A stretch of 64,000 bases of DNA from positions 9,026-73,025 of the forward strand of contig DAOTXE010000019.1 of NCBI GenBank assembly GCA_034435355.1, in the 5' to 3' direction. Source of the stretch: Chloroflexota bacterium (GTDB lineage: Bacteria; Chloroflexota; Limnocylindria; Limnocylindrales; CSP1-4). Below, piece by piece: positions 10,690-21,730 of this stretch. The translations under genes were made by a program, and so were the position numbers. Under the pieces are notes generated by a model. It made no database searches. It saw nothing but the letters and a program-made list of their open reading frames with translations, and was not told the origin of the DNA. Each line of letters opens with the position of its first letter. The stretch's first letter is position 1.

Positions 10690-11217
10690 TCAGCGGCGGC
10701 GGCGCCGGGCGCGCTTGGGACGGATCGTGGACTCGGGGTGGGCGAACTTCTGCTTCGAGTAGAAGCGCGCCTTCGCCAGCTGCTGCTGGTAGCGGGCCAG
10801 CTCCGGCGGGAACCGCACAAACCGGACCCAGGCCAGGACGACCAGCCCGATCGGGATCGTCACCGCCGTGAAGATGAAGTCGAAGTGGAAGATCGCGTAG
10901 ACGAGGAGCAGGAAGAAGAGCGAGATCGACGTCCACAGCAGCCACTCGTACAGGTCGAGGTATGGCGGGTGGCGCCGCAGCTGGCGCGTCCGGATGTTGT
11001 AGAGGACCACGATGGCCACGATCCCGACGAGGGCAAAGATCCAGATCGCGTTGAACAGGTCCGGGAAGAGCCTGTCGTTGAACGTGGTGAACAGGTATTC
11101 CCAGGGCGGGCGCGTCACCGGGACGGACCTCCGTCGCTTCAGGGGCTCGGCGGGCGCAGCGAGGGGCGCGATCTCACCGGCGACGCCACCACCGGCGCCG
11201 AAGGCTGAGTATGCCAT
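10690..11217 (-). CDS. hypothetical integral membrane protein
   Basis: Hydrophobic helices IWIFALVGIVAIVVL and LWTSISLFFLLLVYAIF...IPIGLVVLAWV with a basic C-terminus. The composition is not Arg-rich junk. Confidence 0.5.
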   Translation of the reverse strand: MAYSAFGAGGGVAGEIAPLAAPAEPLKRRRSVPVTRPPWEYLFTTFNDRLFPDLFNAIWIFALVGIVAIVVLYNIRTRQLRRHPPYLDLYEWLLWTSISLFFLLLVYAIFHFDFIFTAVTIPIGLVVLAWVRFVRFPPELARYQQQLAKARFYSKQKFAHPESTIRPKRARRRRR

Positions 11218-11314
11218 GCTCGCGGCGTATACTCGCGGCCAGGAGCGAGGCCGCCCCGACGCCCCCGGGTGCGTGGCCTGTGCCCGGCCGTGCTGACACA
11301 GGAGGTTGATCCGG

Positions 11315-12862
11315 GTGCGAGCCCTCCTATCGGTCGCGAACCGCGATGGGATCAGCGCGCTCGCCCGTGACCTCGCCGGCCTCGGAGTCGAGATCTACGC
11401 GACCGACGGGACCCGGGAGCACCTCCTCGCCGACGGGGTCGACGCGCTCCCGATCACGGCACTGACGAACGTCCCGCAGCTCGTGGGCGGCCAGGTGAAG
11501 ACGTTCCACCCGGCCGTCTACGCCGGCATCCTCGCCCGGCGCGACCGGCCCGACGAGCTCGCGGAGCTCGCGGAGCTCGGGATCGGGCTGCTCGACATCG
11601 TGGTCGTCACCGTGAAGCCGTTTGCCCCGCAGGTCGGGGAGCGGCGCCTCCCGCTCGAGGAGGCGCTCGAGATGATCGATGTGGGAGGGACGGCGCTCCT
11701 GTCGGCAGCCGCCCGCAACCACGCAGGCGTGGCCGCGGTCAGCAGCCCGGCCGCCTATGCCGAGCTCGTCGCCGATATCCGCGCCCGCGGAAGCGTTTCG
11801 GCCGAGCTGCGGCAGCGGCTGGCTGCGGAAGCGTTCGCCGTCGTCGCCGCGCACCACGCGGAGGTGGCCGCCTACCTCAACCAGGTCACCGGGACGACGT
11901 TCCCGCCCCACGTCTCGATCGTGCTGGAGAAGGTCACCGACCTCCCGTACGGCGAGAACCCGCACCAGCGGGCAGCGTTCTACCGGGAGACGACGCACCG
12001 CGACGGCAAGCTCGCCGATGCGGTCCAGCTCCAGGGCCGCCCACCCACCTTCAACGACCTCCTCGACCTCGACGCTGCCTGGCTGATCGCGCGCGACTTC
12101 TCTGCCCCCACCGCGGTCGTGGTGCGCCACACGGACCCGGTCGGGATCGCCTCGGACGATGGGCTTCCGGAAGCCTACCGGCGAGCGATGGAGACGGACC
12201 CGGCCGCCGGCTACGGCGCGATCGTCGGGGTCAACCGGCCGCTCGACGCGACCACCGCGCGGGAGATCGCATCGGGGACGTTCGAGGCGGTCGTCGCGCC
12301 CGGCTACGATTCCGCGGCGCTCGCAGCGCTTGCCGCGCGGCCCAGCCTGGAGGTGCTCCGCGTCCCGCCGAATCCCCCGGACGGGCTGCGCGACTACGGG
12401 ATCACCGCGCTCGACTTCAAGCGGATCGGCGGGGGCCTTCTCGCGGAGACGCTCGACCACACGGCCCTCGACCGCGGCCAGCTCCGCGTGGTGACCCAGC
12501 GCCGCCCGACGCTGGGAGAGCTGACCGACCTCATGTTCGCCTGGCGCGTGGCGGCCCACGTCCGCTCGAATGCGATCGTCCTCTGCCGGGATCTCCAGAC
12601 GGTGGGGATCGGAGCCGCCCAGGTGAACCGCCAGGTGGCCGTGGAGATCGCCCTCCGGCGGGCCGGCGACCGGGCAAAGATGGCCGTGATGGCTTCGGAC
12701 GCCTACTTCCCGTTCCCCGACGCGATCGCCCATGCCGCGATCGCCGGGGTCACCGCGATCGTCCAGCCGGGCGGCTCCCGGCGCGACGAGATGGCGATCG
12801 AGGTCGCCGACCGCCACCACCTGGCGATGGTCTTCACGGGGCGGCGCCACTTCCGACACTGA
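11315..12862 (+). CDS. purH: bifunctional AICAR formyltransferase / IMP cyclohydrolase
   Basis: MGS-like N-terminus ALLSVANRDGISALARDLAGLGVEIYATDGT...KTFHPAVYAGILARRD and an AICARFT C-terminal domain. GGAGG lies 9 nt before GTG 11315. Confidence 0.9.
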   Translation: MRALLSVANRDGISALARDLAGLGVEIYATDGTREHLLADGVDALPITALTNVPQLVGGQVKTFHPAVYAGILARRDRPDELAELAELGIGLLDIVVVTVKPFAPQVGERRLPLEEALEMIDVGGTALLSAAARNHAGVAAVSSPAAYAELVADIRARGSVSAELRQRLAAEAFAVVAAHHAEVAAYLNQVTGTTFPPHVSIVLEKVTDLPYGENPHQRAAFYRETTHRDGKLADAVQLQGRPPTFNDLLDLDAAWLIARDFSAPTAVVVRHTDPVGIASDDGLPEAYRRAMETDPAAGYGAIVGVNRPLDATTAREIASGTFEAVVAPGYDSAALAALAARPSLEVLRVPPNPPDGLRDYGITALDFKRIGGGLLAETLDHTALDRGQLRVVTQRRPTLGELTDLMFAWRVAAHVRSNAIVLCRDLQTVGIGAAQVNRQVAVEIALRRAGDRAKMAVMASDAYFPFPDAIAHAAIAGVTAIVQPGGSRRDEMAIEVADRHHLAMVFTGRRHFRH

Positions 12863-13284
12863 GGGGCGCCGGCACGGGGGGCGGAGGCCACGCCGACCGG
12901 CACCCGGGGACACGGCCGGGGACACGGCCCGTCCCCGCCGGCTCGACCGGACGATGGGCTTCACGGGCGGCCGGCAACCCTTCTCGATCAGATGCTCGCC
13001 TGGCAAACGTTACGCAGGTCGCTGGAGCGCCCACTCGATCATATGAACGCCCGCGCGGACAGTTGACAGGATCGGGCACCGTCGGCGCGCCCGGCCTGTG
13101 CATGATCCGCAGCCCTCCGCCGATCCCCGCGCCGGCCCACCCTGCATACGGTCCGCGTGGCATGCAATTGATCAGGTTGCCCGGCGGCGGAGCGCGCCAG
13201 GTGCGGCGTTCGGCGCCGGAACGCGCGAGCACCGCCATCTCGAGGTCGACCGACGATCGCGATGAGGTTCCGTGGGCGATCGGC

Positions 13285-13950
13285 TCAATCGCCCGGGGGT
13301 GCCCCCCAGGCGCCTGCTGCGGCATTCCACCGACCGATCGGGCGGGCCGCGCCGGGACCTGCGCGCTGTTCGGCTCGACGCCGCGCGGTCGCAACGGTCT
13401 CGCGCCAGCCGGGAGGTCGCAGGCCGGGGGCGAGGTCGGCCAGCGGGGCCAGCACGAAGAGCCGTTCACGGGCACTCGGGTGGGGGACGGTCAGCCACCA
13501 CTGCGCGGCCGGGCCGGCCGAGCCGTCGCCGAAGCGCAGCATGTCGGCGGCGGCGCGGGCAGTCTCGGCGGCGCGGGCCGGATCCTCGCTCCGAGCCTCC
13601 GCAGGCCGCTCCACCCGGACCCGGTGGCGCCCGAAGACGAGCACGTCCAGGTCGAGCGCCCGCGGCCCCCAGCGCGGCCCATCACGTCGCCCGAACGCGC
13701 GCTCGAGACCCTTGAGCGCGACGAGCAGCGCCAGCGCCCCCGTGACGGGATCGGGGCCGGCCGGGACGTCGAGCGCCACGACGGCGTTGCGGAACTCGGG
13801 TTGGTCGACGACGCCGACCGGCGCGGTCGCGTAGAGCCGTGAGACTCCGGCGAGCCGGACGCCTGGCAGCGCGGAGAGCGCGTGGACCCCGGCCACGAGG
13901 GTGCCGACGGCATCGCCGATGTTCGCGCCCAGCCCGATGTACGCGCGCAC
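13285..13950 (-). CDS. folK: 2-amino-4-hydroxy-6-hydroxymethyldihydropteridine pyrophosphokinase (HPPK)
   Basis: VRAYIGLGANIGD...PRALDLDVLVF...WLTVPHPSARERLFVLAPLADL are HPPK signatures. The upstream part of the long minus ORF is Arg-rich and non-coding in appearance, so the start is placed at GTG 13950. Confidence 0.8.
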   Translation of the reverse strand: MRAYIGLGANIGDAVGTLVAGVHALSALPGVRLAGVSRLYATAPVGVVDQPEFRNAVVALDVPAGPDPVTGALALLVALKGLERAFGRRDGPRWGPRALDLDVLVFGRHRVRVERPAEARSEDPARAAETARAAADMLRFGDGSAGPAAQWWLTVPHPSARERLFVLAPLADLAPGLRPPGWRETVATARRRAEQRAGPGAARPIGRWNAAAGAWGAPPGD

Positions 13951-13989
13951 CCGTCCCAACCGGCCGCCTCCCGGGGTACCGTTTCGGGC

Positions 13990-15236
<1,247 letters not shown>

Positions 15237-15240
<4 letters not shown>

Positions 15241-16427
15241 TCTCGCCGGCGGAGGACGCTATCCGCGCAGAGATCGTCGCGCACGGTCCGATTCCGTTTG
15301 CGCGTTTCATGGCGCTCGCGCTGGGTCATCCCTCCGGTGGCTACTACGCAGGGCCACGGGCGCGACCGACTCGCCGCGGCGACTTCCTCACCGCGCCGGA
15401 GCTCCACCCGATCTTTGGCGCGGCGCTGGCACGGCAGCTGGCGGAGGCATGGAATCGTCTGGGCCGGCCCGACCCGTTCACGCTCGTCGAGTACGGGGCG
15501 GGCGCCGGGACGCTGGCCCTGGCGGTCCTCGCCGGTCTCCGCGACGATCGCTCGCCGCTCGCCGATGCCCTGGTGTATGCACCGATCGAGCTGAACACAC
15601 ACCGCCTGACCGAGCTGCACGAGCGGGCGGCGGCGACCGGCCTGCCCGTCGTCGCGGCGCCCGTGGCGCCGCCCGGAGCCGCGCCGGCGCCGGCTCCGGT
15701 CCAGGGTGCCGTGCTGGCCAACGAGTTCCTCGATGCGCTCCCCGTCCACGCGGTCGAGATCCGGGGCGGCGAGCCCCGTGAAGTCCACGTCGAGGTCGCG
15801 GGCGACGGCGCCCTCGTCGAGATCCTCATGCCTGCGTCCACTCCTGCGATCGCCGTCCGGCTCGACGCGCTCGCCGCGTCCGGCGTCACGTTCGCGGAAG
15901 GACAGCGGGCGGAGCTCTGCCTCGCGCTCGACGGCTGGGTCGCCGAAGTGGCGCTGTCCCTCGCGGCGGGGATCGTGCTCGTGATCGACTACGGCGCGCC
16001 GGCGCCCGAGCTCTACGGCCCGCGACGCTGCGCCGGCTCGCTGATGACGTACCGCGGCCACGTCGCCGACGGCTCGCCCGACGCGCCATACCGCGACGTC
16101 GGCGAGCGTGACATCACGGCCCACGTCGACACCACGACGCTGGAGCGGCTCCTGGCTGCGGCCGGCTTCGACGTCCTCGGAGACACGACCCAGGCCGAGC
16201 TGCTGGCGGGCTGCGGGCTGGACGACCTCCTCGAACGCGAACGCTGTCGATCGAGCGACGCGGCCTCGGCGCTGCTCCTGCGGAGCGCGGTCATGCGGCT
16301 GCTGGACCCGCGCCACCTCGGCGGCTTCCGGGCGGTGCTCGCGGGACGCGGGATGCCGGCCGGGCCGCCGCTTCGCGGCCTTGCCTGGCGGATGCCGGCC
16401 GGACGACCGGCGCCCCCGATGCGCTGA
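15237..16427 (+). CDS. class I SAM-dependent methyltransferase, MidA/NDUFAF7 (DUF185, COG1565) family
   Basis: IPFARFMALALGHPSGGYYA...GDFLTAPELHPIFGAALARQLAEAW...LVEYGAGAGTLALAVL...ANEFLDALPVH matches the MidA family. GTG overlaps the upstream stop (GTGA). Confidence 0.75.
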
Positions 16428-16659
16428 GGCGGCCCGGCCGCCCGGGCGGCCGCACGGGCGGTTCCGCCGCGGCGCCCGGGCCGGCAGGGACAGCCGGCCA
16501 CGCCCCCGGAACGCTCCTGCTAGGATGCTGAGGCGTGCCCGGAGGCTCCGGGCACGACTGGTGTGCCCGTTTCGCCCGAGCCCCGACCGGGTCTTCGTGG
16601 ATCGACCGGCTGCCCCCTCCGGGGCGCCAGCCGCACTGCCCCGGCGACTGAAAGGTGCG

Positions 16660-17016
16660 ATGGAAGGGATCTGGTACGTCGTCGGGTTTGTCGTGGCCGG
16701 CGTCTCGTTCGTGTTCCTGACGATCGGGCTGTCGTGGCTGATCAGCCACCGCACTCGCGGGAGCCGGGGTAAGGGCCTCCCCTACGAGAGCGGGATCGAC
16801 ACTTACGGGGACACCCACGGGCGCTTCGGCGTCTCGTACTACCTGTACGCCCTCCTCTTCGTCGCCTTCGACATCGAGGTGATCTTCATCTTCCTGTGGG
16901 CGCTGGTGATCCGGGACGCGATCCCGGGCATCCTGAGCTCGATGTTCCTGTTCGTCGGGATCCTCCTCCTGGGCCTTGCCTACGCGTGGCGGAAAGGCGT
17001 GCTCACGTGGCGCTGA
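16660..17016 (+). CDS. nuoA: NADH-quinone oxidoreductase subunit A
   Basis: ...[51 protein letters not shown]. Confidence 0.9.
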   Translation: MEGIWYVVGFVVAGVSFVFLTIGLSWLISHRTRGSRGKGLPYESGIDTYGDTHGRFGVSYYLYALLFVAFDIEVIFIFLWALVIRDAIPGILSSMFLFVGILLLGLAYAWRKGVLTWR

Positions 17017-17750
17017 CGGAGCGCGGCAAGCCGAACCGTGACCTGGCCGTTTCGGCCGCACCGGCCCGGGACCTGCCCGCGCCGGCGGCGTCGCCGGACG
17101 ACGCGCTGGTCGAGGCGATCGTCGTGCCGAATGCACTCTGGCGGCCCGAGGACCCGCTCGGATACGGCGGCGGCGCGCTGCGCGACGACCCGCGCCTCGA
17201 GATGCGGCGCTACGACGAGTCCGGCGAGGGCCGCCGCGACGATGCGCGCTGGGCTGCGCTGGACATCGTGCCCACCAAGGCCGACTACGTGCTGGACCTG
17301 ATCCGCATGAACAGCCTCTGGCCGCTGCTGTCGGGCCTGGCCTGTTGCGCGATCGAGATGATGTCGACCGCGACCAGCCGCCACGACATCGATCGCTGGG
17401 GGATGTTCCCGTTCCGCGCTTCCCCGCGCCAGGCGGACGTGCTCATCGTGGCGGGCACGCTCACGACGAAGATGGCCGAGCCGCTGGTCCGGCTGTGGGC
17501 AGAGATGCCCGAGCCGAAGTGGTGCGTCGCGATGGGCGACTGCACCTGCTCGGGCGGGCGCTACAAGCGCAGCTACAGCACGGTCCAGGGGATCGACCGG
17601 GTCCTCCCGGTGGACGTCTACGTCCCCGGCTGCCCGCCCCGCCCGGAGGGCCTGATCTACGGGATGATGAAGCTCCAGCAGCTCGTCAAGGAGCGCCGCG
17701 GCCACTGGGCAGAGCGCGCGATCGGCCCCACCGTCCCGGACCAGGTCTGA
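17007..17750 (+). CDS. nuoB: NADH-quinone oxidoreductase subunit B (N2 cluster)
   Basis: [17 protein letters not shown]...[10 protein letters not shown]...VPGCPPRPE, so the N2 ligand motifs are intact. The start GTG 17007 has a GGAAAGG RBS and overlaps the nuoA stop. An alternative ATG at 17202 gives a 182-aa product. Confidence 0.85.
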   Translation: MALTERGKPNRDLAVSAAPARDLPAPAASPDDALVEAIVVPNALWRPEDPLGYGGGALRDDPRLEMRRYDESGEGRRDDARWAALDIVPTKADYVLDLIRMNSLWPLLSGLACCAIEMMSTATSRHDIDRWGMFPFRASPRQADVLIVAGTLTTKMAEPLVRLWAEMPEPKWCVAMGDCTCSGGRYKRSYSTVQGIDRVLPVDVYVPGCPPRPEGLIYGMMKLQQLVKERRGHWAERAIGPTVPDQV

Positions 17751-17753
17751 CCG

Positions 17754-18305
17754 ATGGATCGTGCCTTCCGGGTCCGCCTCGAGCGAACGTTCGGGGACCT
17801 CCTGACCGGGCCCGTCCGCCAGCGCCACGACGAGACCGAGATGCGCGTCCGCCCCGGCGACGTCCCGGCCGTGATGCGGACCCTCCACGACGACCCAACG
17901 CTCCGCTTCGAATACCTGGGCGACCTCGCCGGCGTGGACACCGGCATGGACTTCCAGGTCGTCTACCACCTCTGGAGCGTCGTGACCCCGGACTGGCTCA
18001 GGGTGATCGCCGATGGGATCCCGCGCGACCAGCCGCGCATCCCCTCGATCACGTTCCTGTGGAAGGGCGCCGAGTGGATGGAGCGCGAGGCGTACGACAT
18101 GTTCGGCCTCGTTTTCGAGGGCAATCGCGACCTGCGCCGGATCTACCTCCCGGACGACTTCGTGAGCTTCCCGCTCCGCAAGGACTTCCACCTCCCGGAC
18201 GACGCGTCGCGCTCGCCCGGCGGCGGGGTGCGCCCGATGGAGGGCGCCGCCACGCCGGCCGACGCCGCGGAGCGCACCGTGCGCCGCACGGCCACGGCCA
18301 GGTAG
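17754..18305 (+). CDS. nuoC: NADH-quinone oxidoreductase subunit C (30 kDa)
   Basis: FEYLGDLAGVD...VVYHLWS...ITFLWKGAEWMEREAYDMFGLVFEGN. Confidence 0.9.
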   Translation: MDRAFRVRLERTFGDLLTGPVRQRHDETEMRVRPGDVPAVMRTLHDDPTLRFEYLGDLAGVDTGMDFQVVYHLWSVVTPDWLRVIADGIPRDQPRIPSITFLWKGAEWMEREAYDMFGLVFEGNRDLRRIYLPDDFVSFPLRKDFHLPDDASRSPGGGVRPMEGAATPADAAERTVRRTATAR

Positions 18306-18319
18306 CGCAGGGGACGCCG

Positions 18320-19534
18320 ATGACAACCCCGACTCGGCCCAGCCTCGACGATCCGGCCCTGGCCATCCCGCTCGACCATCCCGGGATCTTCGAGCCGATC
18401 CCCGTGGCTCGCACCGAGCGCCAGCAGGAGTTCTACGACCTCCGCGACGGCGAGATGCTCCTGAACATGGGACCGCAGCACCCGTCCACGCACGGCGTCC
18501 TGCGCGTGGTCCTCAAGATCTCGGGCGAGCAGGTGGTGGACCTGGACCCGGTCCTTGGCTACCTCCACCGCGGGGTCGAGAAGATCGCCGAGAACTCCGA
18601 CTTCCACCACATCATCAGCCAGCTCGACCCGCTCGAGTACATCAGCTCCCTCTTCTGCGAGTGGAGCCCGGTGATGTCCTTCGAGAAGCTCCTCGACGTC
18701 CAGGTCCCGCGACGGGCGGAGTACATCCGGGTCCTGACGGCCGAGCTGAACCGGATCGCCAGCCACATGCTCTTCCTGGGCTGGTACGCCCTGGACCTGG
18801 GCGGGATCACGCCGATCCTGTGGAGCTTCGCCGAGCGCGACGAGATCATGGAGATGCTCGCCGCGGTCACCGGCGCGAAGCTCCTCTTCAACTACTTCCG
18901 GATCGGTGGCGTCAACGGCGACCTGAACCACGAGTTCATGAGCCGCCTCGGCGACTGGATGAGCCGGGCGGGAACCCAGCTAGAGGCCGGGATGGGCCTC
19001 CTCAACGAGAACGAGATCTTCGTCCGGCGCGCGCGCGGGCTCGGCGTCCTCGACCGCGAGACCGCCCTCCGCATGTGCACCACGGGGCCGAACCTGCGGG
19101 CGTCCGGGGTCCCCTTCGACATCCGGCGCGCGCACCCGTACAGCGTCTACCCGGAGCTGGAGTTCGACATCCCGACCCGCAACGAGGGCGACTCCCTCGC
19201 GCGCTACCTGCTCCGCATGGACGAGGTCCGCCAGAGCCTCCGGATCATCGACCAGTGCCTGCACCAGATGCCCGACGGTCCCGTCATGGCGCGCCAGCCG
19301 CGCCTCCTGCGACCGCGCCCGGGCCGGGCCTACAGCGCGGTCGAGGGACCCCGCGGGCAGTACGCCTGCTACGCCATCAGCGACGGGACCGACCAGCCGT
19401 TCCGCCTGCGGATCCACGACCCGAGCTTCCTGCACCTCCAGCTGGTGGGGCTCCTCATGCCGGGCAACCTGATCGCCGACACGATGGCGATCATGGCGTC
19501 GCTGGACCCGGTCATGGGCGGCGTGGACAAGTGA
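18320..19534 (+). CDS. nuoD: NADH-quinone oxidoreductase subunit D (49 kDa)
   Basis: NMGPQHPSTHGVLRVVLKISGEQVVDLDPVLGYLHRGVEKIAE...RIHDPSFLHLQ. Confidence 0.95.
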   Translation: MTTPTRPSLDDPALAIPLDHPGIFEPIPVARTERQQEFYDLRDGEMLLNMGPQHPSTHGVLRVVLKISGEQVVDLDPVLGYLHRGVEKIAENSDFHHIISQLDPLEYISSLFCEWSPVMSFEKLLDVQVPRRAEYIRVLTAELNRIASHMLFLGWYALDLGGITPILWSFAERDEIMEMLAAVTGAKLLFNYFRIGGVNGDLNHEFMSRLGDWMSRAGTQLEAGMGLLNENEIFVRRARGLGVLDRETALRMCTTGPNLRASGVPFDIRRAHPYSVYPELEFDIPTRNEGDSLARYLLRMDEVRQSLRIIDQCLHQMPDGPVMARQPRLLRPRPGRAYSAVEGPRGQYACYAISDGTDQPFRLRIHDPSFLHLQLVGLLMPGNLIADTMAIMASLDPVMGGVDK

Positions 19535-19544
19535 GGGCCGCGGC

Positions 19545-20882
19545 GTGGTGAGCGCCTACTGGAGCCGCCTCTCGCTGGGCTCGCGGGCGTTCCTCGTGGT
19601 CGTCCCGGCCCTGCTCGTGGTGGGCGGGCTCCTCGCCGTCGCCGTCGCCCTGTTCCTGGGGCCGGTGCTGGACTTCATCAACGCGAACCTGCCCCTGGGC
19701 CGCTTCGTGCTGGCGGCCACGGCGCTCATCGTGGTCACGATCCCGATCGCGTTCCTGATCATCTTCATGGAGCTGAAGGTGATCGCCGCGATGAACCTGC
19801 GGGTCGGGCCCGACCGCGTCGGGCCGTACGGCACGTTCATGTCCGTGGTCCACGGCCTCAAGGTCCTCTCCAAGGAGGACTTCACGCCGCTGGGCGTCGA
19901 CGTCCCGATCTTCACCCTGGCGCCGATCGTCGTGTTCGCCTCGATCCCGCTGACGCTCCTGGTGATCCCGTTTGCGCCCGGGCTGTACGGCCAGGACTTC
20001 AACCTTGCCCTGCTCTACTTCTTCGCGATCGGCGGGATGAGCGTGGTGGGCCTGATGATGGCCGGCTGGGCGAGCTTCAACAAGTACAGCCTGCTCGGCG
20101 CGCTGCGGGCCGCCGCCCAGGCGATCAGCTACGAGCTCCCCCTGACGCTCTCCGTGGTCGGGATCATCATCCTGGCCGGGACGATGAGCCTGAACTCCAT
20201 CGTCGGCCAGCAGGCGGGATCGCTCTTCGACTGGAACATCTGGAAGCAGCCGCTCGGCTTCATCATCTTCTTCATCGCTGCCACGGCCGAGGCGAACCGG
20301 ACGCCGCTGGACATGACCGAGGCGGACCAGGAGCTCGTCGCCGGCTTCGCCACCGAGTATTCCGGCATGCGCTTCGGCTTCTTCTTCTTCGCCGAGTACG
20401 TCAACGTGTTCGTCGTCTCGGCGCTCACCACGGTCCTCTTCTTCGGCGGCTGGAACGCCCCGTTCAACTGGCCGTGGCCCGTCGCGATCAGCCTGGACCC
20501 GGGTGGCCTCGGGCTCGGCCTCATCTTCCTGATCGTCCTCGCCCCCGTCCTGGGCACGATCGTCCTGGGCCTGCCGTTCTGGCTCCTGTCGAGCCGGGTG
20601 AGCACGCTGCGGGCGCTGGTGGCCGGCTTCGTCCTGTTCAACCTGCTGATCATCGGGGCATTTCTGGGCTGGGCCTTCATCAGTGCCGCCTGGGTCTCGG
20701 GCCTGGTCTGGATGATGCTCAAGACCTTCGTCTTCGTCTTCATCTTCGTCCAGATGCGCGGGACGCTTCCGCGCGTGCGCGTCGACCAGCTGATGAGCTT
20801 CGCCTGGAAGTGGCTCCTGCCGGCAGCGCTCCTGAACATCTTCGTGACGGCGACCGCCGTCGTGATCGTGGCGAACCGGTGA
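19545..20882 (+). CDS. nuoH: NADH-quinone oxidoreductase subunit H (ND1)
   Basis: MELKVIAAMNLRVGPDRVGPYG...YELPLTLSVVG...EYSGMRFGFFFFAEY. GTG start with a GAGGG RBS. Confidence 0.95.
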   Translation: MVSAYWSRLSLGSRAFLVVVPALLVVGGLLAVAVALFLGPVLDFINANLPLGRFVLAATALIVVTIPIAFLIIFMELKVIAAMNLRVGPDRVGPYGTFMSVVHGLKVLSKEDFTPLGVDVPIFTLAPIVVFASIPLTLLVIPFAPGLYGQDFNLALLYFFAIGGMSVVGLMMAGWASFNKYSLLGALRAAAQAISYELPLTLSVVGIIILAGTMSLNSIVGQQAGSLFDWNIWKQPLGFIIFFIAATAEANRTPLDMTEADQELVAGFATEYSGMRFGFFFFAEYVNVFVVSALTTVLFFGGWNAPFNWPWPVAISLDPGGLGLGLIFLIVLAPVLGTIVLGLPFWLLSSRVSTLRALVAGFVLFNLLIIGAFLGWAFISAAWVSGLVWMMLKTFVFVFIFVQMRGTLPRVRVDQLMSFAWKWLLPAALLNIFVTATAVVIVANR

Positions 20883-20892
20883 GGGTGCGGCG

Positions 20893-21726
20893 ATGAGCTT
20901 CGTGCCCGGGATGGGGATCCTCAGGGGGATGGCGCTGACCCTGCGGCGCTTCTTCGCACCCAAGGTGACGATCCGCTACCCGGAGGTTCCGGCGGACATC
21001 GCGGTGAAGTACCGCGGCCGTCTGCAGCTGCTCTACGACGAGCACGGCACGCTCAAGTGCGAGACCTGCTTCCAGTGCGCCCAGGCGTGCCCCATCGAGT
21101 GCATCGACATGGGAGGAAGCGATACGAAGGGCCGCTACGCCGTCCACTGGGGCGCCTCGGAGACCTACGGCGAGCGACGGGAGGAGGCAGCCCTCCGGCG
21201 CTCCGGCCGCGAGGTGCCGGACCCGACCTACACCCACTTCGAGGCGATCGACGTCGCCGCGGTGGACCGGATCCTCGAGAACCACGAGTACGACCCGCAC
21301 CGGATGCTCTCGATCCTGGAGGCGATCCAGGCCGAGTTCGGCCACCTTCCCGTGGCGGCGCTCAAGCAGGTGAGCTTCACCACCGGCTCGTGGTACGCGA
21401 TGATCTACGGCACCGCCACCTACTACCGGCACTTCCGGTTCGAGAAGCCCGTCGAGCAGGTCGCGGTCTGTCGCTGCACGGCCTGCCTCATGCATGGCGG
21501 CGGGCGACTCGCGGACGGGATCGCGGACGGCCTCCGGACGGGGCTCGGGCGGGTCACGCCGGACGGCCGGATCCAGCTGGCCTGGCTCCCGACCCACCCC
21601 GCCGGCGCCGCCGCGCCCCTCGTCGCGCTCGACGGCGAGCCACAGCCGGAGGTGACGCCGGCCAACGCCACCGCGTGGGCCCAGGCGCTCGCCGGGGAGC
21701 ACCCCGCGACCCGGACGATCCACTGA
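20893..21726 (+). CDS. fused NuoI-like (N-terminal, single CxxCxxCxxxCP motif) / NuoE-like (C-terminal, thioredoxin-like, partial Cys set) protein - degenerate Fe-S subunits of the nuo operon
   Basis: N-terminus ILRGMALTLRRFFAPKVTIRYPEVP...YRGRLQL...CETCFQCAQACPIECI is NuoI/Nqo9-like, but the second cluster motif is replaced by ASETYGERREEAAL. C-terminus LSILEAIQAEFGHLPVAALKQVSFTTGSWYAMIYGTATYYRHFRFEK...VAVCRCTACLMHGGGRLADGI is NuoE/Nqo2-like and lacks the distal Cys pair. Confidence 0.8.
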   Translation: MSFVPGMGILRGMALTLRRFFAPKVTIRYPEVPADIAVKYRGRLQLLYDEHGTLKCETCFQCAQACPIECIDMGGSDTKGRYAVHWGASETYGERREEAALRRSGREVPDPTYTHFEAIDVAAVDRILENHEYDPHRMLSILEAIQAEFGHLPVAALKQVSFTTGSWYAMIYGTATYYRHFRFEKPVEQVAVCRCTACLMHGGGRLADGIADGLRTGLGRVTPDGRIQLAWLPTHPAGAAAPLVALDGEPQPEVTPANATAWAQALAGEHPATRTIH

Positions 21727-21730
21727 GCCG

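Noticed and set aside
11327-13006. 559-aa minus ORF antisense to purH and other R-rich frames (e.g. 16291..17136-, 16980..18326-, 19512..20963-, 26577..28457-, 28652..30511-, 30183..31733-, 43436..45676-, 44446..47673+, 58542..60398-)
   Set aside because: These are antisense or out of frame to genes with clear homology. Their amino-acid composition is diagnostic of GC-rich non-coding frames.
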